NCBI GenBank assembly: GCA_964399335.1
Contig: CAYNQI010000002.1
Location: forward strand, 1 to 61,264
Source of the DNA: an uncultured Thermoplasmata archaeon
GTDB lineage: Archaea > Thermoplasmatota > Thermoplasmata > Halarchaeoplasmatales > Halarchaeoplasmataceae
Reading direction: 5' to 3'
Length of the DNA: 61,264 nt
Positions 9,692 through 18,068 of this stretch are shown here, piece after piece. The stretch's first letter is position 1; every line of letters starts with the position of its first letter. The position numbers and the translations under genes are program-made. The notes beneath the pieces were generated by a model. It did no database searches, was not told where the DNA came from, and worked only from the letters and a program-made list of their open reading frames with translations.

Positions 9692-11020
9692 CTAACCTAA
9701 TACTTCACCGACAGCCTTATCGAATTCAGCAAGAAAATCATCCCTCTTATCTATTGGTACTCTTGAGCCTGATGCGATATCGTGTCCTCCACCAGAACCT
9801 CCAAATTTCTCCGATATTTCCCTACATAACTTTCCCAGATCTAATCCATTATTGACCAATTTCTTCGTTCCTCTGGCAGATATATCTACATTGTTTTCCA
9901 ATTCACATACACCTAACGTCGGTTTACTCTGGTCGAATATATACAGCATGGAGAGGCCGGCTAACTCGCCCTTTCTTTCCTTTTTCTCTTCGAAAAAGTA
10001 CTGAATGTTTTCTTTTTCTATCGGTCCATCGTCTTCCAAGCTGTGCAGCCTTTCGATCATCTCATCTCTATAACTTTCACGGATCTCTTCCGCTTTTTTA
10101 AAGGCATTTTTGTCACCTAGGCAGATCGACATCCCTAAACCAGCTTGTTTTGTACGTGCGGTGGAATTCAGTAGTTTGTAAAGTATATCTACGGACAAAC
10201 CATACCTTTTGGAAGAATAGTGTGGGCCTCTGATACTATCGATAACATGTGATGGTATGTCCCTTTCAAGCAGAGATAGAACAAGTAATGTATTCAACTT
10301 CCTCTCAGCTTTACTAGATACATCATCTACGGGAGTCTCATGATCTATGTCAACATCCTCTAAAATCCTATCGATCTCTTTTTCCCTACCTGATATCCCA
10401 GGGAAATAGGGATCGCATGCCTTCAATAAAGCGTCCCTGATGTTTTTACCATCTATGAAAAGTCCAACGTTTTCAGTAATTTCTTTTTCATCTAAAGCAT
10501 CTTTTAATAAAGATTCATTAAGACCTATGAACCCTTCAATGTTCTGTTTATCAGCTGCGGCCCCGGCTAGACCGTATAATGATAAAGAAACGTTCTTTTT
10601 ATCATATATCATCGACAAAATCAAAGCAAGAGTTGCACCACAAACTTCATCGGAACCGTTGATCCCATGATTATGAGGGTTTATGAAAACGTGTTCCTCA
10701 TCTTCGCTCTCCACATCTTCATCAACTTTATGATGATCTAAAACTATCACAGGTTCATCTATCTTTTTGATGTCCTCTAATTGACTGTTACCTATATCAG
10801 TTAAAATTATAGGAATATCTTTTGGTAAATTTTCCGGTAGTTTACTGACAAATCTAGCGTGAAATCCCTTATTCTCCCTCATCAATGTAAGTGCTAAAAC
10901 AGAAGCTGCTGAGATTCCATCGCCGTCGTAATGTGATATTACCCTGAATTTATTGTAAGAATTTAAAATCTCTGAAGCAGATTCATATTTTTTCTCTAAC
11001 CCCTTCGGTAACTCTACCAC
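9692..11020 (-). CDS. DHH-family phosphoesterase, RecJ/GAN-like with DHHA1 domain
   Basis: HYDGDG, TDIG, LDHH, INPH, GGGHDIASG. Directly downstream of rps15, a conserved archaeal arrangement. Confidence 0.88.
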   Translation of the reverse strand: MVELPKGLEKKYESASEILNSYNKFRVISHYDGDGISAASVLALTLMRENKGFHARFVSKLPENLPKDIPIILTDIGNSQLEDIKKIDEPVIVLDHHKVDEDVESEDEEHVFINPHNHGINGSDEVCGATLALILSMIYDKKNVSLSLYGLAGAAADKQNIEGFIGLNESLLKDALDEKEITENVGLFIDGKNIRDALLKACDPYFPGISGREKEIDRILEDVDIDHETPVDDVSSKAERKLNTLLVLSLLERDIPSHVIDSIRGPHYSSKRYGLSVDILYKLLNSTARTKQAGLGMSICLGDKNAFKKAEEIRESYRDEMIERLHSLEDDGPIEKENIQYFFEEKKERKGELAGLSMLYIFDQSKPTLGVCELENNVDISARGTKKLVNNGLDLGKLCREISEKFGGSGGGHDIASGSRVPIDKRDDFLAEFDKAVGEVLG

Positions 11021-11039
11021 ATTCCCTCCCCTACATTGA

Positions 11040-11495
11040 TTATTGTGTAAGCATCTCTGCTATATCTATGGAATATTTCCAATCTTCAGGAATTTCTCCT
11101 TTTCTTTTATAGTACTTGGCCAGCCGTCTTATTTTAGATTCGATAAGTTGGAGACCACGTTTGTTTTTTAGGTCCTTCCGATTATCCTCGAGATGTTCAT
11201 GGAGGTTGACGGCTTTTTCCATCAAATTAATAAGGTCCTCTGGGAAATCCATGTAAACCTCATTTTCCTTCAATATCTCAGTAACATCTTTACCTGCAGC
11301 TAATTTTACGTTAGGTACAGCATACTGGTCTCTAAGTATCACCCCAATCTCACTAGGGGTTCTTCCTCTTTTGAATAACAGGAGTACTTTTTCTTCGATC
11401 TCTTCTGCATCCATCTTTACCCATTCAGGATTAGAAGTAACATAGGGGCGTGTCGAGCCTGATCTTCCGTGTTTTGAACTGTGCATTCTAGACAT
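11040..11495 (-). CDS. rps15p: 30S ribosomal protein S15
   Basis: MSRMHSSKHGRSGS, IGVILRDQY, PEDLINL, GLQLIESKIRRLAKYYK. GGAGGT RBS. Confidence 0.97.
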   Translation of the reverse strand: MSRMHSSKHGRSGSTRPYVTSNPEWVKMDAEEIEEKVLLLFKRGRTPSEIGVILRDQYAVPNVKLAAGKDVTEILKENEVYMDFPEDLINLMEKAVNLHEHLEDNRKDLKNKRGLQLIESKIRRLAKYYKRKGEIPEDWKYSIDIAEMLTQ

Positions 11496-11628
11496 AGTAA
11501 ACCTCCGAATGAACTCGGGATTCGATTCATATATGTTCTAATACTTAAAAGTGACTGTTGTTGTGATGTATAAATAAGTTTCGAAACATGCAAAATAACC
11601 AAATATGACTTTACATTTGTAGAAACTT

Positions 11629-12939
11629 ATGGGTTTCTTGGATAAGTTATTGGGTCGAGATTTTAAGACCGTGGTTTTAGCATTGGATGGGGTTCCTTAC
11701 AGTTTTATAAAAGACATGTACGAAAAGGGAGAGTTCAAACATTTGGGTTCTCCTGAATATCATAAGATGAGTTCTGTTTATCCAACGATCTCGTCCGTTG
11801 CATGGTCATCTTTTATGACCGGAAAAAATCCTGGAAAACATAACATATATGGCTTTGTAGACAGAAAGTCTAATAGTAAAAATTTACAGATATGTAATTC
11901 GAAGGATCTAAAATCCCAGACACTTTGGGAGTATCTCAGTGAAAAGAAAAAAAAGGTATTTGTGATGAATGTGCCTTTGACCTACCCTCCAAGAAAAGTG
12001 AATGGTAAATTAGTATCTGGTTTTCTATGTTCAAACCTAATAAAAGGTACATATCCAAAGGAGTTTGCCTCGGAACTTTATAAGTTGGGTTATAAGATAG
12101 ATGCCGAGTCATCTTTAGCACTTGAAAATCTAGAGAAGTTCTTAAAGGATATCAATGAAACCTTTGAATCTAAAAAGAAGGTAATGTCTCATTATCTCAA
12201 TAAAAACTATCACTTTATGATGTTCCATTTCATGGCCACCGACCGTATCAATCATTTCATGATGGGGAATTATCTAGATGGGGATAAATATGCGGACAAG
12301 TTTATTTCATTTTATAAGAAAATCGACCGTATGGTTGGGCTATTAAAGAAAAATCTAGATGAAAATGATAAGCTTTTAATTATTTCTGACCACGGGTTTA
12401 CAAGATTGGAACAGGAAGTTCAGCTAAATAGATGGCTTATGGAAGAAGGTTATCTAGAAGAGGTTAAGGAATTCTCTAACATAACTAGAGAAACAAAAGC
12501 ATACAGTTTGATCCCTGGGAGGATATACATCAATCTGGAAGGAAGGGAAAGGAACGGTAGCGTATCAAAAAAGGAATACAACTCACTTAGAGATGAATTG
12601 ATTGAAAAATTGAGTAACCTCCGAGACCCGATGTCGGGACGTGAGATCGTAGATAAGGTTTTCAAACGTGAGGATATCTATTCAGGCCCATACGAAGAAA
12701 ATGCACCAGATTTGCTTGTTCATCCAAAAAATGGATATGACTTAAAAAGTAAATTTGGTAAAGTTGAATTTATAAGCAAGGGCCTCCGAAACGGGATGCA
12801 TACATACGATGATGCTTTTGTTTATTCCTCTGAGCCAATATCTGCGGAAAAAGCTAATATTATAGATCTTTACCCAACCATTTTAAAGATGATGAAAGTA
12901 AAACCCCCTAAAAATCTAGACGGACGGTCTCTTTTGTAG
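11629..12939 (+). CDS. Alkaline phosphatase superfamily (nucleotide pyrophosphatase/phosphodiesterase-like) protein
   Basis: LALDGV, PTISSVAWSSFMTGKNPGKH, DRINH, ISDHGF, PDLL, GMH, IIDLYPTIL. Confidence 0.85.
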   Translation: MGFLDKLLGRDFKTVVLALDGVPYSFIKDMYEKGEFKHLGSPEYHKMSSVYPTISSVAWSSFMTGKNPGKHNIYGFVDRKSNSKNLQICNSKDLKSQTLWEYLSEKKKKVFVMNVPLTYPPRKVNGKLVSGFLCSNLIKGTYPKEFASELYKLGYKIDAESSLALENLEKFLKDINETFESKKKVMSHYLNKNYHFMMFHFMATDRINHFMMGNYLDGDKYADKFISFYKKIDRMVGLLKKNLDENDKLLIISDHGFTRLEQEVQLNRWLMEEGYLEEVKEFSNITRETKAYSLIPGRIYINLEGRERNGSVSKKEYNSLRDELIEKLSNLRDPMSGREIVDKVFKREDIYSGPYEENAPDLLVHPKNGYDLKSKFGKVEFISKGLRNGMHTYDDAFVYSSEPISAEKANIIDLYPTILKMMKVKPPKNLDGRSLL

Positions 12940-12941
12940 AT

Positions 12942-13418
12942 TCATCGTCCACGTACCTTTTTACGTACTGCGTCTATGTATTCTTGTTTTTTAGGTAATT
13001 CTAGTTCAAGTTCTCGAGCTAATAGCAGTAAAGCAGCTTCGATTTCTATATTCATATCATCCTGTTTAACGTTCACACGGGACATTATCTCCTGTCGATT
13101 TAGATGACTGTACATAACCACATCATCCAACATACTCTGGAAAAGTGGTTTCTTATTTTCTTCAAGGATTCTTTTTGATGGTTCGAAACCCAACGGTATA
13201 TTAACGTTAGCAGGATCGAACTCTGAACGGACGATATCATCCTTCAGCTTTACTAAACCCTCTTTTCTTGCTATCTTAAGAAGTTTTTTAGCTTCACTAG
13301 ATGTGAACCATCCTAAATCGGCAGGAGGACCGTATATGAACTCATCTTTATCTATTTCTTGAGCTCCCGCTCTTTGGAATATGAAGGCTATCGTATATTT
13401 CAATTCCTTGCTTGCCAT
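12942..13418 (-). CDS. DUF2240-like protein
   Basis: LKYTIAFIFQ...DLGWFTSSEAKKLL...VNIPLGFEP...NVKQ...IEAALLLLA pattern of the archaeal DUF2240 family. Confidence 0.7.
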   Translation of the reverse strand: MASKELKYTIAFIFQRAGAQEIDKDEFIYGPPADLGWFTSSEAKKLLKIARKEGLVKLKDDIVRSEFDPANVNIPLGFEPSKRILEENKKPLFQSMLDDVVMYSHLNRQEIMSRVNVKQDDMNIEIEAALLLLARELELELPKKQEYIDAVRKKVRGR

Positions 13419-14053
13419 TCTATCGAATCCTCTAGACCTAATATAACTCCATCTACTTTATCCTCATATAAATCGATTTTATCTATATCGATTTTTCCTC
13501 CTATGTAAAGCTCGTGATCTTTATCTAGCATGTAATCTAAAAGGGTGTTATCAAAATTTTCATCGCTCAAATCGTGGATGACTATCGTATCGATACCAGT
13601 TTCAACAGCTTCTAGGATCAGTTCTTTTATATTGGTTTGTTTAATCTCATTCGATGGTGAGATGATTCCATCTTTATAATCTATACAGAAGACCATCTTA
13701 TCACTGATTCTTGACGATTCGTTCATCAAATCGATCGAATACATCGTTTTAGTGGAAATGACTATTCTGTCTGCCCCAGCTATGTAACCGTCTGTAATGG
13801 TCGCTGTATCCCTAGCTCCAACGTCAGCCCAAACTTCTCTACGAGTTCCGACTTTTCGTATCATATCCGATTGTAGGCTTCTACTTTCTATACCATTTAA
13901 GTCTAACAAGTAAATAATATCATAATCACTTAAAAGGAATAGAACATCATTATAGTCTAGGTTATTACCATTTTTAGAATAATGTTCGTAATACCCGTTT
14001 TTGACGGTCACGGGTTTACCGCCTTTGAACGATATCGATGGTATAACTTTCAT
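13400..14053 (-). CDS. HisA/HisF-related TIM-barrel protein
   Basis: MKVIP start, YLLDLNGI, WADVG, AGADRIVIST, IDYK, YIGG, VDGVIL. Alternative GTG start at 14074. Confidence 0.65.
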   Translation of the reverse strand: MKVIPSISFKGGKPVTVKNGYYEHYSKNGNNLDYNDVLFLLSDYDIIYLLDLNGIESRSLQSDMIRKVGTRREVWADVGARDTATITDGYIAGADRIVISTKTMYSIDLMNESSRISDKMVFCIDYKDGIISPSNEIKQTNIKELILEAVETGIDTIVIHDLSDENFDNTLLDYMLDKDHELYIGGKIDIDKIDLYEDKVDGVILGLEDSIEWQARN

Positions 14054-14093
14054 GATCGGTAATTTGATAACCACTTAATAAAAGGATTGCCTA

Positions 14094-14612
14094 TTAATGG
14101 ATCAGATGCTTTAGATAAGCTAGAAGTTGATTGAGCGGCATACCTTTGTCCCATTCCATTTTAAGGTTGCCGTGAACCGTGGTCTGCATGTATGGGATCT
14201 TTCTCTGGAGGACTTGATGTTTTTTCTTCATGCCATCTATGTCCATGGTATATACTCTCCATTTGTCTCCTCTCTGGCTTTTCAACCTATATGCATAAAG
14301 GGGAAGAACGTTGCTGTTCACACACACTTCTTTCATCCATTCCGCCTGTTCACTCAACCTACCCTCGTTCCTAAAATAGAGTACGTTTTCCTTGGATGAT
14401 TTTACTTCTATCGGGAAAGAAATCTCACCTCTTAAAGCTATAAGATCAATGCCAAGGCTTCCACCGGCTCTGACGACAAGAAAGGGTATATCGTGGATCG
14501 CTCGGTATCCTTCGAGTTCTTTATCACTACAGGTTTTCGTAGCATTATTGATAACCTCCTCATCCCCAGATAAAATTCCTTTCAACTCTCTTTCGTATTT
14601 ACCGACGGCCAT
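14094..14612 (-). CDS. Archaeal Holliday junction resolvase-like (Hjc, PD-(D/E)XK) nuclease
   Basis: YERELK, VVRAGGSLGIDLIA, IEVKSS match the Hjc E...D...EVK catalytic layout. Confidence 0.75.
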   Translation of the reverse strand: MAVGKYERELKGILSGDEEVINNATKTCSDKELEGYRAIHDIPFLVVRAGGSLGIDLIALRGEISFPIEVKSSKENVLYFRNEGRLSEQAEWMKEVCVNSNVLPLYAYRLKSQRGDKWRVYTMDIDGMKKKHQVLQRKIPYMQTTVHGNLKMEWDKGMPLNQLLAYLKHLIH

Positions 14613-14667
14613 CGTTTTTAACAGTGCGAGTATGTTATATATATTTATCAATCAGAGGTGACTGAAA

Positions 14668-15987
14668 CTAAGGCCTTAACCTAGAAGTGTCTCTTGGGAA
14701 CAATATCGCTTCTCTTATATTTGATAAATCGAGCATCTGCTGAACGAATCGATCTAGACCTAAACCTATCCCACCGTGTGTTGGCATGCCGTATTTGAAA
14801 GCCTTCAAGTAATCCTCGAAATCTTCCTCTTCTAGACCTATCTCGTCCATCTGCTTGATAAGAACATCGTACCTGTGCTCTCTTTGTCCACCTGAAACTA
14901 ACTCCTGACCTTTGTACTCAAGATCGAAATAAGTGGTTAGTGACGGGTCGTACTCTTTCCTCATAGCGTAGAAAGTACTCTCTTTGAGTCTTGTCGGAAA
15001 TTCTGTTATGTAGAAGAAGTCAGTATCATGATTTTCTTTAACGTAATCTCCCAGCATCTTCTCAGCTTCCGTATCGATCTCCGGTCTGTCTTCCCATTCC
15101 TTTCCCAAATCCTGCAAGATCTCGATGCAGCCTCTATGGGTTATTTTTTTGATCGGATGCTCGGGAACTTCCAGTTCTACATCGAGTTCTTCGAGCTGTT
15201 TATTTCCGTGTTCCTTTACATGTGAAAGTGTATGACTTACCATATAACTGGTCATGTCCATTATATCTTCCGAACCATCTATGAATGACATCTCAAAATC
15301 AACAGAAATGAATTCCGAAGTATGTCTTATAGTGTCAAAATCCTCGGCTCTGTAAGCCGGTGCTATCTCGTAAACCCTTTCAAATCCAGCGGACATCAAT
15401 ATCTGTTTGAACAGCTGTGGACTTTGAGCTAAGTGTGCCTTCTCTTCATAATAATCAACATCGAATAACGTGGCGCCACCCTCGGCACCGGCTGCTACTA
15501 CCTTTGGAGTACTAACTTCTAAAAAACCCTCCTGGGAAAAGAAATCCCTCATACCTTCGATCAAAAGATTCCTCAATTCGAAGATGTTCCTCTTGTCCTT
15601 TTTCCTTAAATCTAAGAAACGGTTATCCAATCTCGTTGGAAGTTCAGCGTCAACTTTGTCAACAACACCCAGTGGGAGTGGTTTTTCAGCCTCACAGACA
15701 ACCTTGATCGATATAGGATGTACCTCGTATCCAAGATCTGTTTGATCGGTATCGGTTTTCTTACCTTCTATTTCGATAACACTCTCTCTCGGTATATTAA
15801 CGATATCCTCGAATTCATCTTCGCCGGTCTCCTTCTTTACCAGTACCACTTGAAATACATCCTCGCGGTCTCTAACCTTTAAAAAAGCGATCCCTCCAAG
15901 GTTCTTGACTTCCTGTAACCATCCGGCCAGTTTACATTTCTCACCGTCTTCAAGATTAACTGCATCCGTGGAATGAATTCTTTTCAT
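14668..15987 (-). CDS. aspS: Aspartate--tRNA ligase (archaeal type, probably discriminating)
   Basis: OB domain AGWLQEVKNLGGIAF, RLDNRFLDLR, LAQSPQLFKQ, YRAE...RHTSEF, SGGQREHRY, GMPTHGGIGLGLDR. Confidence 0.95.
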   Translation of the reverse strand: MKRIHSTDAVNLEDGEKCKLAGWLQEVKNLGGIAFLKVRDREDVFQVVLVKKETGEDEFEDIVNIPRESVIEIEGKKTDTDQTDLGYEVHPISIKVVCEAEKPLPLGVVDKVDAELPTRLDNRFLDLRKKDKRNIFELRNLLIEGMRDFFSQEGFLEVSTPKVVAAGAEGGATLFDVDYYEEKAHLAQSPQLFKQILMSAGFERVYEIAPAYRAEDFDTIRHTSEFISVDFEMSFIDGSEDIMDMTSYMVSHTLSHVKEHGNKQLEELDVELEVPEHPIKKITHRGCIEILQDLGKEWEDRPEIDTEAEKMLGDYVKENHDTDFFYITEFPTRLKESTFYAMRKEYDPSLTTYFDLEYKGQELVSGGQREHRYDVLIKQMDEIGLEEEDFEDYLKAFKYGMPTHGGIGLGLDRFVQQMLDLSNIREAILFPRDTSRLRP

Positions 15988-16102
15988 GTTTTACCTAATT
16001 TATGTTCCATGTATAAAAGCCTTTCATGGACTTATAGTGACTCAATGATGAATCTTACGAAATATTTATAGCTTCGATTTCGATTTGTCAATGGGAGATA
16101 AA

Positions 16103-17335
16103 ATGAAGGCTTTGATATTCGGGGCAGGTAGACAGGCTGAGGGAATAGCATGGTATCTAGCAAATCATACAGATTTTGAAGAGATAGGCATCTTTAGTAG
16201 GTCACCTGGTCCCATAGACGATATTATCGAGTTCGTCGGTAGTCATAAACTAAAAAAATATGTTGGGAATGTTTTAGACTCTGAGAAGGTAAAAGATGTG
16301 ATGGGGATGTACGATATTGGTATCAACGCACTTCCAACAAGACAGACCAGTTACAAGACCATCGAGAATGCTGCTGATGTTGGTTTGAACATGATCGATA
16401 TACTCGAAGAATACCACAGGAGACCTGATGCCTATGAGACGGAAGATTTAGAGGTTCCAAAAGGGATGTCAGTGGATGATTATGGAGAATATATTCATGA
16501 AAAGTACAAAGAAAAAGGGATCATGCTTTTGGATGGTATCGGTTTTGCCCCTGGCATAACGAATTTTACTTTGGGTGAGGGTCTTAGAGAGATGGATGAA
16601 ACTAAGTCTGCCATAGCACGCTGTGGAGGAATACCGAACGAAAAATCCGCTGAAAGACATCCTTTAAAGTATATGATAACATGGGCATTTGATCATGTTC
16701 TTAGGGAGTACAATGTAAAATCCAATGCTATCAAAGATGGAGAGAGGAGAGAGGTCGAAGCCCTATCAGAACATGAGAAGTTCAAATTCGATAAATTTGG
16801 AAAAGATATAGAGTTGGAGTGTGCAGTAACCCCGGGTATGCCCAGTTTTGTGTACACTAGGTCAGAGCTAAAAAATACCTATGAGAAAACTGTTCGTTGG
16901 CCTGGACATTATGACACTATCAAGGAGTTCAAAAAATGTGGGATGTTAGATACTGAACCCATTGACATGAATGGAATCAAAGTCGTGCCAAGAGAGGTAC
17001 TATTGAACGTGATCACACCTAGATTGAAACCAAAAGAAGGAGATAGGGACGTATGTGTTATGTGGAATACTGCAGAGGGGAAAATAGATGGCGAAGAGGT
17101 CAGTATCGATTACTACATGTGGGATGAAGAAGATACTGAAACAGGACTCACTGCAATGCAGCGAACGACCTGTTTTCCTCCGGCTATCGCCGCTGAGATG
17201 ATGGCAAAAGGAGAGATATCTGGGGAAGGAATAGTTCCGCCTGAGGATTGTATAAAGGGTCCGATATATGATAAGATGATAGAGAAGCTTGAAGAAGTAG
17301 GAGTAGAGATACTGAAGGAAATAACCTATCCATAA
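16103..17335 (+). CDS. Saccharopine dehydrogenase / lysine 6-dehydrogenase family protein
   Basis: IFGAGRQA Rossmann motif, INALP, GIGFAPGITN, CGGIP, YMITW, KTVRWPGH, AMQRTTCFP. Confidence 0.82.
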   Translation: MKALIFGAGRQAEGIAWYLANHTDFEEIGIFSRSPGPIDDIIEFVGSHKLKKYVGNVLDSEKVKDVMGMYDIGINALPTRQTSYKTIENAADVGLNMIDILEEYHRRPDAYETEDLEVPKGMSVDDYGEYIHEKYKEKGIMLLDGIGFAPGITNFTLGEGLREMDETKSAIARCGGIPNEKSAERHPLKYMITWAFDHVLREYNVKSNAIKDGERREVEALSEHEKFKFDKFGKDIELECAVTPGMPSFVYTRSELKNTYEKTVRWPGHYDTIKEFKKCGMLDTEPIDMNGIKVVPREVLLNVITPRLKPKEGDRDVCVMWNTAEGKIDGEEVSIDYYMWDEEDTETGLTAMQRTTCFPPAIAAEMMAKGEISGEGIVPPEDCIKGPIYDKMIEKLEEVGVEILKEITYP

Positions 17336-17380
17336 TTTGATCAACTCTAAATTTAAATACATCTCAGTCTCTTTCCTTTC

Positions 17381-17848
17381 ATGCATCCTGAAAGAATTAT
17401 TGGAGTTGTTCCAAATTTAAACACTGGCATGTTCGGGCAGAGTTCTTTTACTCTTGTTGTTACCAATTATAGATTGATCTTCGCAGAGGTTACTAAACAA
17501 TTGTTGAATCAGGAACGTGAAAGAGCTACAGCGGGGGTACAGAATGAAGGTATGATGAGTCGTTGGAAAGCGTCTATGTCATCCCATTTCAACTTTCACA
17601 ACAGGTATCACAATATGCCGCCACAGTCTATATTGCAGGAGAGCCCTAACAATTACGAACTTAGGCCGGATCAGATTAAAACCGTTAAAGTTAGGGCAGG
17701 TCACTACGATTACGGATCAAATCAACAGTTATCAAATAAGATGGTTATCAAATCGACGATTGGAAAGAAGAAATTCACCTTCGACAAGATGAATACCAGG
17801 GATGTTAAGAATCTGATAGGTCAACTTTTAGGACCAAAAGTTCGTTGA
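17381..17848 (+). CDS. Hypothetical protein (possible PH-like fold)
   Basis: 155-aa ORF with beta-rich N-terminus (FTLVVTNYRLIFA). No firm family recognised. Confidence 0.55.
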   Translation: MHPERIIGVVPNLNTGMFGQSSFTLVVTNYRLIFAEVTKQLLNQERERATAGVQNEGMMSRWKASMSSHFNFHNRYHNMPPQSILQESPNNYELRPDQIKTVKVRAGHYDYGSNQQLSNKMVIKSTIGKKKFTFDKMNTRDVKNLIGQLLGPKVR

Positions 17849-18068
17849 AATTTGGATACTAAAACATTCTCCGTAAACTTAGTTCATCTATTTTTATATC
17901 TGCTTGTATAGTTCCGGGATTAACATTATACATACTCTTTTTGGCTTAACAAGCAAGCTAATATTTCGTTAGTCCTTTGAAACATAGACCTCTATGATTA
18001 CCAAAGTTCTTGATGTTTCATGCAATTAATAAGAATCCCCTAGGGGTGTTAGGGAAATTCCTTCGGAT

